A DNA stretch of 64,000 bases from Candidatus Nanopelagicales bacterium (GCA_044375955.1 JBILLS010000001.1:27339-91338); one strand, 5' to 3'. Counted from the first letter of the stretch, positions 1-12,765 are shown. The notes: generated from the sequence alone by a model not told the origin. Translations and numbers: made by a program.

Positions 1-202
1 TGATCGGTGCGAAGCGCGCGATCGCCCCGCACCGGAGGTAATCCCCGTAGGAGAAACCACCGGGGAGTACCACGGCATCGACACCGTGCAGGTCGTCGTC
101 TCCGTGCCAGAGCGCGACCGCCTCGCCGCCGGCGATGCGCACGGCACGCGCGGCATCGCGGTCATCCAGGGAACCGGGGAAGGTGACGACCCCGATCTTC
201 AC
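1..202 (-). CDS. purQ: Phosphoribosylformylglycinamidine synthase glutaminase subunit PurQ. Only the N-terminal part is present; the gene runs off the window start.
   Basis: My own minus-strand translation from GTG 202 gives [66 protein letters not shown], a typical PurQ N-terminus. The start forms a GTGA overlap with the purS stop. Confidence 0.85.
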   Translation of the reverse strand, partial: MKIGVVTFPGSLDDRDAARAVRIAGGEAVALWHGDDDLHGVDAVVLPGGFSYGDYLRCGAIARFAPI

Positions 203-447
203 GCGTCCACCACGGTCAGCGTGAAGTCCTCGATCACCGGATTGCTCAGCAACTCACCCGCCAGACGGTCCAGGACCGCAGCACGGTCGGCATCAAGTGC
301 TCCGTCAAGGTCGATGACGAAATGTTTGCCCTGCCGAACGCTCGTGACACCGTCGAGACCCAGGCGGCCGAGTGCGCCCTGAACGGCACGGCCCTGGGGG
401 TCGAGGATCTCGGGCTTGAGCATGACGTCGACGATCACGCGAGCCAC
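199..447 (-). CDS. purS: Phosphoribosylformylglycinamidine synthase subunit PurS
   Basis: ORF 199..519 contains [30 protein letters not shown]..., the PurS signature. I trimmed it to an internal GTG, giving about 82 aa. It is coupled to purQ. Confidence 0.85.
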   Translation of the reverse strand: MARVIVDVMLKPEILDPQGRAVQGALGRLGLDGVTSVRQGKHFVIDLDGALDADRAAVLDRLAGELLSNPVIEDFTLTVVDA

Positions 448-487
448 GGACACTCCATCCCAACGTAGGAAAGGGAAGGCCTCAAGC

Positions 488-904
488 CTATCGAGAGGGA
501 TGCATTTCGAACCATCCACCGCTCAGCGGGCGAAGGAAAGAGAAATGGCGTCGGTCATACGTTCCGATCCTTCGAGTTCCGTAGCGGTCAGCAAGGACCA
601 CAAGCGAGGCATCGGTGATGCCGATCCGTTGGTCCGGGTAAGACTCGAGAATCCGCGCGCATGCGATCACGTCAACAGGACCGATGACAGGCAGCTCGAA
701 GACCCCCGAGGTCAATGCGTCCAAGACTCGCACCTCTGCTTGGGGTCCGAACTTCTTGGCAATGAAATGATCGAGTTCCGACACGACATACGGGCTGACG
801 ACGATTCCCTCGGTTTCGCTTTCCAGCAAGGTCCGTGACTCGGAGTGCGCCGGGTCCGATGCGACGAAGAAGGCGTAGAGGACTCCCGTGTCGACGACGA
901 TCAC
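488..904 (-). CDS. vapC: PIN-domain ribonuclease toxin (VapC family)
   Basis: 138 aa starting MIVVDTGVLYAFF...D...ITDASLVVLADRYG..., with the acidic residues typical of a PIN domain. Its start makes a 4-nt ATGA overlap with the upstream antitoxin ORF. Confidence 0.8.
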   Translation of the reverse strand: MIVVDTGVLYAFFVASDPAHSESRTLLESETEGIVVSPYVVSELDHFIAKKFGPQAEVRVLDALTSGVFELPVIGPVDVIACARILESYPDQRIGITDASLVVLADRYGTRRIGTYDRRHFSFLRPLSGGWFEMHPSR

Positions 905-1119
905 TCTTCTCCAAACCCCTCCATGTGCTCATGGAGTGTGCGTCCACTCACCCCGTCGGGCAACGGGTCGGTGATGATTCCCGCACCTCGCAGGCCGCGC
1001 GTCAACTCCTTGTCCACAGCCACGCGGATGATCTCCGCCTCGGTTACGCCACGGCGCCTTGAAGCCTCCTCGAGGCGGTCCTTCAATTCAGTGGGCAGAT
1101 AGACAGTGGTGCGCTTCAT
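901..1119 (-). CDS. vapB: Ribbon-helix-helix (CopG/VapB-type) antitoxin
   Basis: MKRTTVYLPTELKDRLEEASRRRGVTEAEIIRVAVDKEL is a classic RHH N-terminus. The start is uncertain: ATG 1119 is preferred, with in-frame ATGs up to 1152. Confidence 0.7.
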   Translation of the reverse strand: MKRTTVYLPTELKDRLEEASRRRGVTEAEIIRVAVDKELTRGLRGAGIITDPLPDGVSGRTLHEHMEGFGEE

Positions 1120-1129
1120 CCCCGGGGTC

Positions 1130-1153
1130 ATGCCATACATGATGCCATACATG
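1130..1153. repeat. Perfect tandem direct repeat, ATGCCATACATG x2, just upstream of or overlapping the vapB start region. Candidate antitoxin operator or promoter element.
   Basis: Read directly: 1130-1141 and 1142-1153 are identical 12-mers, and they are AT-rich compared with the surrounding sequence. The repeat is certain. The operator role is inference. Confidence 0.6.
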
Positions 1154-1179
1154 AAGCAGCGCTCACGCCGCGCGTTCGA

Positions 1180-2958
1180 TCAGTCCCCGCTGCCGACTCC
1201 CTTGTGGACGCGGAACAGGTTCGTGGGGTCGTACTTCCGCTTCACCCGGAGCAGGCGCGGGTAGTTACTACCCCAGAACTGGCGTCGCCAATCGCTTTCG
1301 AAGTAGTTGCCCTCATTGGAGTAGGAGCCACCCGCCTCCGTCACCGTCCGGATCACCGCCGAGGCGGACATCACCCCGTCGAACTGGGCCTGGGACTCGG
1401 TGGCGTTCGGTTCATGGCCAGCCACGCCGGGGTACTTCCCCTGCTTCCACGCTCCGATGGTGATGAAAGCGACGTTGTCGAACACGGCCGGGTTGATGGA
1501 GGTCGTGAGGTCGCGGGCCTTCGCCTCGGGGTGTTCGCCGTAGAGGGCCTTGTTCGTCTGCCAGAGGATCAAACTCGTGCGCGATGCCGTGAACAGGGCC
1601 TTGGCGAGAACTGCAGCGTTCGCACCCTGCGTCATCGAGTGCGGAACACCGCGCCCGTCGTAGCCACCCCAGTACGCGGCAACCTCGGAGGCGTTGCCGT
1701 TCCACCAGAAGTAGCCCTTCGGCGCTCCGGGACGATCATCGAAGATCGCCTCCCGCGGGGTCGCCTTCCACCGTTCACTGAACTTCTTCGACGAGAAATT
1801 CACGTTCACGGTGAAGTCCTCAGGCCGACGACGCAAAGGTGCAAGGAACGGCTCCCATGCGCTGATCGCCTGTTCGGTTGGAACATCGAGGAATGTCGAT
1901 CCCACCTGCATGACGTTCAAGCCGGTGTTGAAACTCGACGCCATCCCGTAGTCGGGGTTGAGGATGACACCCTCGCCCCAGGTGGGAGTGCTCAGGGTGT
2001 TACCTGCGAACTCCACGTACCGCTGGATCAGTTCCTGGAACGCAGCGTCGGACTTCGCCGTGATCGGCCCAGAAATCCACCCGGAGATGGATGGCTCGGG
2101 GTGCGCCAACAGGGTCATCGACGTCACGACTCCGAAAGTGCCGCCGCCACCCCCACGGAGCGCCCAGAAGAGATCAGGGTGTTGAAACTCATTGACGGTC
2201 AGCACGGAGCCATCGGCGATCACAACCGTGAGCTCAAGGACGCCCGCGGCCCCCGATCCAAACCTCTTGCTGAACGAACCGAAGCCACCACCGAGGGCGA
2301 ATCCACCGCATGCGCCGACACTCGTGCAGCCACCGCCTTGGATGTAGAGCCCGCGAGCCGATGCTGCTTTGTACGCCTCGAGCCACCGATTGCCGGCGGT
2401 GGTCGTCACCGCGGGGACAGGTGTCGTTCCTGACGGGGCACCCTGGGGAACGAAGGCATCGTGCACTGTGATCCGGCGCATGTGGTGCGTCCAGATGAGG
2501 AGTGACTCGCGCGGGCCAGATGAGCGGCCGTAGTAATCGTGACCTGTGCCCTTGACGACCAAACGCACGTTGTTGTCGCGGGCGAAATCCACTCCCGTGA
2601 CAATGTCCGACACCGATCGGGCGGCCACGGCGTAGCTGCTCGGTGTCGATGTCCATGCCCGATACATGCCCGTGGACTGCGTGGCTCCCGGTTGCTCCTC
2701 CAGGAACCAGGGGTTGAGCAGTCGACTCGGGATCGGTCCGGGTGCCAAGCCAGCCCATGGCTGCTTGGGCCGGATCAAGCGCTTGCCCAGGACTCGTCGC
2801 AACTCGTTCCATGCCTGCGCACTGGGCCACGTCGACGACGCGGGGAGACCTGCCGACAGCGAGCGGGCATGTGCCCCTGTCGGCACGACCAACGCGGTGG
2901 CGAGTCCACTCAGGAGCCCGAGAAACGTTCGCCGGCCCATTGATCGAGGGGTGCTCAT
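1180..2958 (-). CDS. Tat-exported FAD-linked oxidase (VAO/PCMH fold with a berberine-bridge-enzyme-like C-terminus)
   Basis: N-terminus MSTPRSMGRRTFLGLLSGLATALVVPTGAHA has a twin-arginine motif. An FAD-binding region (VKGTGHDYYGRS...GGGCTSVG..GG) is present, and the C-terminal YDPTNLFRVHKGV matches a BBE domain. Confidence 0.8.
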   Translation of the reverse strand: MSTPRSMGRRTFLGLLSGLATALVVPTGAHARSLSAGLPASSTWPSAQAWNELRRVLGKRLIRPKQPWAGLAPGPIPSRLLNPWFLEEQPGATQSTGMYRAWTSTPSSYAVAARSVSDIVTGVDFARDNNVRLVVKGTGHDYYGRSSGPRESLLIWTHHMRRITVHDAFVPQGAPSGTTPVPAVTTTAGNRWLEAYKAASARGLYIQGGGCTSVGACGGFALGGGFGSFSKRFGSGAAGVLELTVVIADGSVLTVNEFQHPDLFWALRGGGGGTFGVVTSMTLLAHPEPSISGWISGPITAKSDAAFQELIQRYVEFAGNTLSTPTWGEGVILNPDYGMASSFNTGLNVMQVGSTFLDVPTEQAISAWEPFLAPLRRRPEDFTVNVNFSSKKFSERWKATPREAIFDDRPGAPKGYFWWNGNASEVAAYWGGYDGRGVPHSMTQGANAAVLAKALFTASRTSLILWQTNKALYGEHPEAKARDLTTSINPAVFDNVAFITIGAWKQGKYPGVAGHEPNATESQAQFDGVMSASAVIRTVTEAGGSYSNEGNYFESDWRRQFWGSNYPRLLRVKRKYDPTNLFRVHKGVGSGD

Positions 2959-3016
2959 GTGGAAGTCCTCCGTGGCTCGTTGGTGGAGTCGAGGCTATCC
3001 GGCCTAGCCTCTGGGA

Positions 3017-3466
3017 GTGGGTTCTCGCGGATATGACCTCGTCTGGGGAAGTGCTCTGCGCGCCACCACCGTCGCGCATCGATTCCTCGACCGGATCTCC
3101 GGAGGTCGACTCATGCGGCGCTTCCCGGGGGGTGCGCAGGTTGTCTGGATCACCACCCTCGGGCGCAAGTCGGGTGAGTGGCGGCGGACGCCGCTCCTCG
3201 GCGTCCCGATCGACGACGGGTGGGGCATCGCGGGATCGAATGCGGGCCAGGAGAAGGTGCCCGGCTGGGTGTTCAACGTGCGTGCCCACCCGCAGGGTCG
3301 CATCGAGATCGAGGGAATCGAGCATGCGTGCACCTTCACCGAGGTGAACGGTGACACCGCGCGCGAGATCTACGCGAAACTCACCGACTCGTGGTCGGCC
3401 TATCGGATGTACGAGCGCAATATCCGCCGCGACATCCCGATTTTCATCGCGCGGGTGAACTCCTAA
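3017..3466 (+). CDS. Deazaflavin (F420)-dependent nitroreductase family protein (DDN-like)
   Basis: ...GAQVVWITTLGRKSGEWRRTPLLGVPIDDGWGIAGSNAGQEKVPGWVFNVRAHP... matches the split-barrel DDN/PF04075-type pattern. GTG start at 3017. Confidence 0.7.
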   Translation: MGSRGYDLVWGSALRATTVAHRFLDRISGGRLMRRFPGGAQVVWITTLGRKSGEWRRTPLLGVPIDDGWGIAGSNAGQEKVPGWVFNVRAHPQGRIEIEGIEHACTFTEVNGDTAREIYAKLTDSWSAYRMYERNIRRDIPIFIARVNS

Positions 3467-4410
3467 GCCTGCGCGCTCCACGCGGAAGCCACCATCGCGC
3501 GCAGGTCGTGCTGTGCGGACCATCCCAGACGCTCGCGGATGCGGTCGGTCTGCGCGAACGTTGCGGGCGGATCACCGGCACGTCGACCCACCACCTCGGG
3601 TGCCACGTCCCGACCGACGACCTCCGACACCGTGTCCAGCACCTCGCGCACGGACGCACCCACCCCGCGGCCGACGTTGAACACATCTGCGGCGCCCGCC
3701 TCGCACAGCTGCGCGGCCGCCACATGGGCGGAAGCGAGATCGACGACGTGGATGTAATCGCGGATGCAGGTGCCATCGGGTGTGGGGTAGTCATCCCCGA
3801 ATATCTGCGGCGCACGGCCCTCGTCGAGGGCCGCGAACACCATCGGAATCAGATTGTTCACGCTGTTGTCGCCGAGGTCGTCTGCTCCCGCACCCGCGAC
3901 ATTGAAGTAGCGCAAGGCGACCCAGGACAGACCCCAGGCCACGCCGGCATCGCGGGCGAGCCACTCCCCGATCACCTTGGTCTCCCCGTATGGACTCTCC
4001 GGGACCAACGGCGCATCCTCGGCCACCGGGTTGGACAGGGGCGTGCCGTACACCGCCGCCGAGGACGAATACACGAGGTTCGAGACACCCTCCTCGCGCA
4101 TCACGGTGAGCAGATCGATCATTCCGCCGACGTTCTCGGTGAAGTACTCCAGCGGCATGTCCACGGACTCCCCCGCAGCCTTCAGCGCGGCCAGGTGGAT
4201 GACACCGGTGATGGAGTGCTCGCGCACCGTGGCCGCGAGTGCAGCGCGGTCCTGGATGCGCGCGACCACGAGCGGAACTCCGCTGGGAACGCGACTGGCC
4301 ACGCCATGTGAGAGGTCGTCGATGACTACGGGCGTCATGCCCGCGGCCTGCAGTGCGCGCACCACGTGCGCTCCGATGTATCCCGCACCCCCGGTCACCA
4401 GCCAACTCAT
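3463..4410 (-). CDS. galE: UDP-glucose 4-epimerase
   Basis: MSWLVTGGAGYIGAHVV... (Rossmann motif) and SPYGETK (YxxxK). The ORF was trimmed to ATG 4410, which overlaps the purC stop as ATGA. Confidence 0.85.
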   Translation of the reverse strand: MSWLVTGGAGYIGAHVVRALQAAGMTPVVIDDLSHGVASRVPSGVPLVVARIQDRAALAATVREHSITGVIHLAALKAAGESVDMPLEYFTENVGGMIDLLTVMREEGVSNLVYSSSAAVYGTPLSNPVAEDAPLVPESPYGETKVIGEWLARDAGVAWGLSWVALRYFNVAGAGADDLGDNSVNNLIPMVFAALDEGRAPQIFGDDYPTPDGTCIRDYIHVVDLASAHVAAAQLCEAGAADVFNVGRGVGASVREVLDTVSEVVGRDVAPEVVGRRAGDPPATFAQTDRIRERLGWSAQHDLRAMVASAWSAQA

Positions 4411-5297
4411 AACCGCTCCCCGGTGAGGCGCTCGTAAGCCTCGATGTACTTCGCGCGGGTCCGCTCGACGACGGAGTCGGGAAGCGGGGGTGGGGGATCC
4501 CCGGAGTCCTTCGACCATCCGGATTCAGGTGACGTCAGCCAGTCGCGGACGTACTGCTTGTCGAAGGACGGTTGCGCGTGACCCGGGTCCCACTGATCCG
4601 CGGGCCAATAGCGCGAGGAATCGGGAGTCAATACCTCGTCGCCGAGCACGATGCGACCGGCGTACTTGCCCTGCGCGGGAACACCGAACTCGAACTTGGT
4701 GTCGGCGAGGATCAGCCCACGATCGTGGGCGATTTGCGCTGCGCGCTCGTAGACGGCCAGGGTTAGTCGTCGTAACTGCTGCGCCTCTTCTTGGCCGATG
4801 GCGATCATCGCCTCGTCGAACGTGATGTTGATGTCGTGATCACCGAGGGGGGCTTTGGTGGCGGGAGTGAAGATCGGTTTGGGCAGTCGCGAGCCATCCT
4901 TGAGACCTGGAGGGAGTCCGTTGCCGCAAATCGACCCCTGCGCGCGATAGTCGGCGAGTCCGGAGCCGGCGAGGTACCCGCGCACCACGCACTCGATGGG
5001 GAACATCTCCATGCGCTCACACACCATCGCGCGGCCGGCAACCTCCGGCGGGACCGACGCGGTGGTCAGGTGACTCGGGACAATGTCGGCGATCCGCTCG
5101 AACCACCACAGGGACAACTGGGTGAGGATGCGGCCCTTGTCCGGGATCTCCGTGGGCAGCACCCAGTCGTAGGCGGAGATCCGATCACTTGCGACGAACA
5201 GCAGGCGACCACCGGGTGCTTCGTAAAGATCACGGACCTTGCCGGAGTAGACGTGCACATACTCGGCGGGCAGGCCGTAATCGGTGCGGGTGATCAT
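4407..5297 (-). CDS. purC: Phosphoribosylaminoimidazole-succinocarboxamide (SAICAR) synthase
   Basis: 296 aa with ...YSGKVRDLYEA...SDRISAYDW..., a full-length PurC pattern. Confidence 0.95.
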   Translation of the reverse strand: MITRTDYGLPAEYVHVYSGKVRDLYEAPGGRLLFVASDRISAYDWVLPTEIPDKGRILTQLSLWWFERIADIVPSHLTTASVPPEVAGRAMVCERMEMFPIECVVRGYLAGSGLADYRAQGSICGNGLPPGLKDGSRLPKPIFTPATKAPLGDHDINITFDEAMIAIGQEEAQQLRRLTLAVYERAAQIAHDRGLILADTKFEFGVPAQGKYAGRIVLGDEVLTPDSSRYWPADQWDPGHAQPSFDKQYVRDWLTSPESGWSKDSGDPPPPLPDSVVERTRAKYIEAYERLTGERL

Positions 5298-6715
5298 CGG
5301 ATGACACCGGGGCGGTAGCCACTCGCCTCGGGGTACCGGTTCACGACGGCCTCCACGCGCGTTGCCACGCGGGTTACCTGGCCTCGCGCGTCACCGGTGA
5401 AGTCCAGTGGGTCCGCGATCAGGGCGTCCAGGTCCGCGCGGGAGAGCGGAACACGCGCATCGGCAGCGAGCCGGTCCAGGAGGTCGTTGTCGGTTCGCCC
5501 GTCGCGCATCTCGAGGGCGACCGCCACCGCGTGCTCCTTGATCGCCTCGTGCGCCGTCTCTCGACCGGCGCCGGCCTTCACGGCCGCGATCAGGATCTTG
5601 GTGCTGGCCAGGAACGGGAGGTACCGCTCGATCTCGCGGTCGATCACCGCGGGGAACGCACCGAAGTCATCGAGCACGGTGAGGAACGTCTCGAGCAGAC
5701 CATCGATGGCGAAGAAGGAGTCCGGGAGCGCAACTCGCCGCACCACAGAGCAGGACACGTCCCCTTCATTCCACTGCGAGCCTGCGAGGTCGGATGCCAT
5801 CACCGCATACCCGCGCAGGATCACCTGGAATCCATTGATGCGTTCGCAACTGCGCGCATTCATCTTGTGCGGCATGGCTGAGGATCCGACCTGGCCCGGA
5901 CGGAATCCCTCGGTGACGAGTTCGGACCCGGCCATCAAGCGCAGGGAGGTCGCGAAATCCGAGGGACCCGACGCCACCAGCACCAGCGCGCTCACGACGT
6001 CGAAGTCCAACGACCGTGGATATACCTGCCCGACACTGTCCAGAACGTGCTCGAATCCCAGGTGCGCGGCCACGCGTGATTCGAGCTCCTCGAGCTTTCC
6101 ACTTCCAACGAGATCGACCATGTCTTGGGACGTGCCCATCGGACCCTTGACGCCGCGCAACGGATAGCGCGCGATCAGGTCCTCAATGCGTGCGAAGGCG
6201 ATGAGCATCTCCTCGGCGACCGTGGCGAACCGCTTACCGAGCGTGGTCATCTGCGCAGGCACGTTGTGGGAGCGCCCGGCGATTGGTTGCTCGGAGTAGG
6301 CCACGGCCAATCCGGCGAGTCGATCCAACGCTGCGACCATCTTGTCGCGCACGAGCATCAGGGATCGGAGAACGAGCATCTGCTCCACGTTCTCCGTCAG
6401 GTCCCGCGAGGTCATGCCCAGATGGGCGAGCTCATGCCCGGCGAGGGCGTTGAACTCCTCGATACGCGCCTTCACGTCGTGCTTGGTGATGCGCTCGCGA
6501 GCGTCGATGGAGTCGAGATCGATGACGTCGATCACGCGCTGGTAGTCGCCGATCACCTCGGGGCTGACATCGACACCGAGGTCGGCCTGGGCCCGCATGA
6601 CGGAGAGCCAGAGTTCGCGCTCTGCGCGGATCTTCGCCTCGGGGGACCACAGGGCCCGCATGGCGGGGGATGCATATCGGTCGGCCAGCACATTGGGGAT
6701 GCGCGGCCCGGTCAC
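5294..6715 (-). CDS. purB: Adenylosuccinate lyase
   Basis: 473 aa with the fumarate-lyase signature GSSAMPHKMN. Overlaps the purC start. Confidence 0.95.
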   Translation of the reverse strand: MTGPRIPNVLADRYASPAMRALWSPEAKIRAERELWLSVMRAQADLGVDVSPEVIGDYQRVIDVIDLDSIDARERITKHDVKARIEEFNALAGHELAHLGMTSRDLTENVEQMLVLRSLMLVRDKMVAALDRLAGLAVAYSEQPIAGRSHNVPAQMTTLGKRFATVAEEMLIAFARIEDLIARYPLRGVKGPMGTSQDMVDLVGSGKLEELESRVAAHLGFEHVLDSVGQVYPRSLDFDVVSALVLVASGPSDFATSLRLMAGSELVTEGFRPGQVGSSAMPHKMNARSCERINGFQVILRGYAVMASDLAGSQWNEGDVSCSVVRRVALPDSFFAIDGLLETFLTVLDDFGAFPAVIDREIERYLPFLASTKILIAAVKAGAGRETAHEAIKEHAVAVALEMRDGRTDNDLLDRLAADARVPLSRADLDALIADPLDFTGDARGQVTRVATRVEAVVNRYPEASGYRPGVIR

Positions 6716-6719
6716 TGAC

Positions 6720-7976
6720 CTAGTCTCCCATGCTGGCGTGCAGGGCGATGTCGCGCCGATGGTGGGACCCCTCGAGGGTGATCAGATCCACCGCCGCGTA
6801 GGCACGCGAGCGTGCCTGGTCAAGGGATTCACCCGTGGCCGTCACCGACAGGACCCGTCCCCCCGACGACACCACGTCATCGAGCACCGCCCGTGTTCCG
6901 GCATGGAACACCTCCACACCCGCCACCTGCGCCGCCTCCTCGAGGCCACCGATCGCATCCCCGACGCGTGGGGACTCCGGATACCCGGGGGCGGCGATCA
7001 CCACGGTGACGGCATATCCGGGTTCCCACTCCAATTCGCCCACCGTGCCTAGGTCGCCCTGGGCGGCCGCGCACAGCACATCGACCAGCGGGGTGCGCAA
7101 TAGGGCGAGAACCACCTGGGTCTCGGGGTCGCCGAATCGGGCGTTGAACTCGACAACACGAACACCTCGCGATGTCAGCGCGAGTCCGGCGTAGAGCAAT
7201 CCCTGGAATGGTGTGCCGCGCCGAGCCATCGCATCGATCATCGGCTGCAACACACGTGCAGTCACATCCTCGACCAGATCACGCGGTGCCCAGGGCAGTG
7301 GCGCATACGCACCCATGCCACCCGTGTTGGGGCCTGAATCGCCAACCCCCACACGCTTGAAGTCCTGCGCCGGCTGCAGCGGGATAACGCGCGTGCCATC
7401 ACTGATGCCGAACAGCGAGACCTCCGGTCCATCGAGAAACTCCTCGATCACAACGGCCGAGCCGGAATCCAGACAGCGCTGTGCATGTGCGAGGGCCTCA
7501 GTCCGATCCGAGGTCACCACGACACCCTTGCCAGCAGCAAGCCCGTCGTCTTTCACCACGTACGGCGCACCGAACGCATCGAGTGCGGCGGTGACGTCTT
7601 CGATCGACGTACACACGCGCGCCTCCGCCGTCGGCACCCCGGCCTCGGCCATGACCTCTTTCGCGAACGCCTTGGACCCCTCGAGTCGGGCGGCCGACGC
7701 CGACGGGCCGAAGCAGGCGATCCCGGCGGCTCGCACGGCATCGGCAGCTCCGGCGACCAACGGCACCTCGGGTCCGATCACCACCAGATCCGCCCCGACG
7801 TCGACCGCAAGCGCGGCGACCGCCGCGGGATCGGCGACGTCGACCGGGACACACTCGACGACGGAGGCGATGCCCGCGTTGCCCGGAGCACAGGTGACCT
7901 CAAGGCCAGAAGTGCGCAGTAGAGACGTCACCAGTGCATGTTCCCGCGCACCGGAACCGACGATGAGAACGTGCAC
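6720..7976 (-). CDS. purD: Phosphoribosylamine-glycine ligase
   Basis: 418 aa starting MHVLIVGSGAREHAL..., an ATP-grasp protein with a PurD N-terminus. Confidence 0.95.
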   Translation of the reverse strand: MHVLIVGSGAREHALVTSLLRTSGLEVTCAPGNAGIASVVECVPVDVADPAAVAALAVDVGADLVVIGPEVPLVAGAADAVRAAGIACFGPSASAARLEGSKAFAKEVMAEAGVPTAEARVCTSIEDVTAALDAFGAPYVVKDDGLAAGKGVVVTSDRTEALAHAQRCLDSGSAVVIEEFLDGPEVSLFGISDGTRVIPLQPAQDFKRVGVGDSGPNTGGMGAYAPLPWAPRDLVEDVTARVLQPMIDAMARRGTPFQGLLYAGLALTSRGVRVVEFNARFGDPETQVVLALLRTPLVDVLCAAAQGDLGTVGELEWEPGYAVTVVIAAPGYPESPRVGDAIGGLEEAAQVAGVEVFHAGTRAVLDDVVSSGGRVLSVTATGESLDQARSRAYAAVDLITLEGSHHRRDIALHASMGD

Positions 7977-7988
7977 GTCGCGTGAAAC

Positions 7989-9329
7989 TCAGCCCGTGTA
8001 GTGCTTGTCGGTGAGGGTGAGCACCTCGTCGAGGATCGCGAGGCCTTCCTTCGCCTCTGATTCGGTGACGATGCAGGGCGGCACCACGTGCAGGCGGTTG
8101 AAGTTCGTGAACGGCATCAGCCCGCGCTTCTTGCACTCGACCACGAGTTCGGTCATCGCCGGTGACGTGCCGCCGTAGGGGGCGATCGGCTCGCGGGTGG
8201 CGCGATTGGTCACCAGGTCGATGCCCCAGAAGACACCGAGGCCCCGGATATCCCCCATGACCGGGTGACGCTCGGCGAGATCGCGCAGGCCAGGACCAAG
8301 GACGGTGGCGCCGATATGGGCGGCGTTCTCGACGACCTTCTCCTCCTTCATCGCGTCGATCGAGGCAACGATCGAGGCGGCAGCGAGCGGGTGACCCGAG
8401 TAGGTGAGTCCACCGGGGAACACGCGCTCGTCGAAGGTGGCCGCAATGTCCTTGCTGATCACAACTCCACCCACGGGCACGTAACCGGAGTTCGAGCCCT
8501 TCGCGAACACGATCAGATCCGGCTGCGCAGCCCAGTTCTGGAAGGCGAACCACTTCCCGGTGCGCGCGAACCCCGACATCGTCTCGTCCGCGATCCACAC
8601 GATTCCGTACTTGTCACAGAGGGCGCGTACCCCTTCGAGATAGCCGGGCGGCGGGACCAGAATGCCCGCGGTTCCCACGACCGACTCGAGGATGATCGCG
8701 GCAACGGTGTTGGGTCCCTCGAACTGGATCACGTGCTCCAGGTGGGTCAGGGCACGTTGCGTTTCCTCCTCTTCATTGGTGGCCCAGAACTCCGACCGGT
8801 AGAGGTAGGGACCGAAGAAGTGGACGTGCTGGCTGGCGTACTCATTCGGCCAGCGACGCGGATCACCCGTCGCCGTGATGGCGGCACCTGTATTGCCGTG
8901 GTAACTGCGGTAGGTGGAGAGCACCTTGTGCTTGTGGGTGTGCAGGCGTGCCATGCGGATCGCGTTCTCCACCGCGTCGGCCCCACCATTCGTGAAGAAC
9001 ACCTTCCCCATGTTCGGACCGGCGAGCTCCACGATGCGCTTGGCCGCTTCACCTCGCATGTCGTTGGCGTGCTGCGGGGCGATGGTGGACAGGCGGGCCG
9101 CCTGCTGCTGGATGGCGGCGACCACCTTCGGGTGCTGGTGACCGATGTTCACGTTGACCAACTGTGAGGAGAAGTCGAGGAAGCGGTTGCCGTCGTAATC
9201 CCAGAAGTAGGCACCCTCGGCACCGGCGATGCACATCGGATTCAGCGAACCCTGCGCACTCCACGAATGGAAGACGTAGGAACGATCGAGATCGAAAACG
9301 CGCTTGCCCTCGGCGGGATCTGCAGCCAT
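7989..9329 (-). CDS. Class III (omega) aminotransferase, beta-alanine/taurine:pyruvate transaminase-like
   Basis: 446 aa with ...FTNGGADAVENAI...ADETMSGFARTG...FAKG...; PLP-lysine context. Confidence 0.85.
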   Translation of the reverse strand: MAADPAEGKRVFDLDRSYVFHSWSAQGSLNPMCIAGAEGAYFWDYDGNRFLDFSSQLVNVNIGHQHPKVVAAIQQQAARLSTIAPQHANDMRGEAAKRIVELAGPNMGKVFFTNGGADAVENAIRMARLHTHKHKVLSTYRSYHGNTGAAITATGDPRRWPNEYASQHVHFFGPYLYRSEFWATNEEEETQRALTHLEHVIQFEGPNTVAAIILESVVGTAGILVPPPGYLEGVRALCDKYGIVWIADETMSGFARTGKWFAFQNWAAQPDLIVFAKGSNSGYVPVGGVVISKDIAATFDERVFPGGLTYSGHPLAAASIVASIDAMKEEKVVENAAHIGATVLGPGLRDLAERHPVMGDIRGLGVFWGIDLVTNRATREPIAPYGGTSPAMTELVVECKKRGLMPFTNFNRLHVVPPCIVTESEAKEGLAILDEVLTLTDKHYTG

Positions 9330-9380
9330 GACTACTCCTGCGACATCGGTGGTGGATGCACTGTAGAACCGAGGAAATGT

Positions 9381-12359
<2,979 letters not shown>

Positions 12360-12363
<4 letters not shown>

Positions 12364-12764
12364 GCGCGGGGCATCCCGGGATCGCAATCGGTCATGAAGG
12401 CATCGAGACGCACGACTTCATCCGTCTCACCGATCGCGTTGGCGGCACGGTGCAGGGATCGCAGGCAGCGCAACACCCCCTGATTGGGTTCATGGGACCA
12501 GGGCACGGACCCGTGGCCCTTCCACCCGTTGCGCCGGAGGGCATCGAGTCCACGGTGATAACCCACGCGCGCGAACGCATACGACTCCAGCACCCGGTCC
12601 TCCGCCCACGCATCGTCGGCGAGAACCACCCACGCCAGTGAGCTCGTGGGGAAGTCACGGACAACCTGCCCCGGATCCACTCCGGACGCGAGTGCGTTCG
12701 CAGCGGGATCCACCGGCAACAGCGTCGGAGCCGGGCCGCCGAGCAGGTTCTCCCCGACGCCCAT
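12360..12764 (-). CDS. DUF3151-family protein
   Basis: MGVGENLLGGPAPTLLP...ESYAFARVGYHRGLDALRRNGWKG...; I recall this family as the usual neighbour of fba in actinobacteria. Confidence 0.7.
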
Positions 12765-12765
12765 C

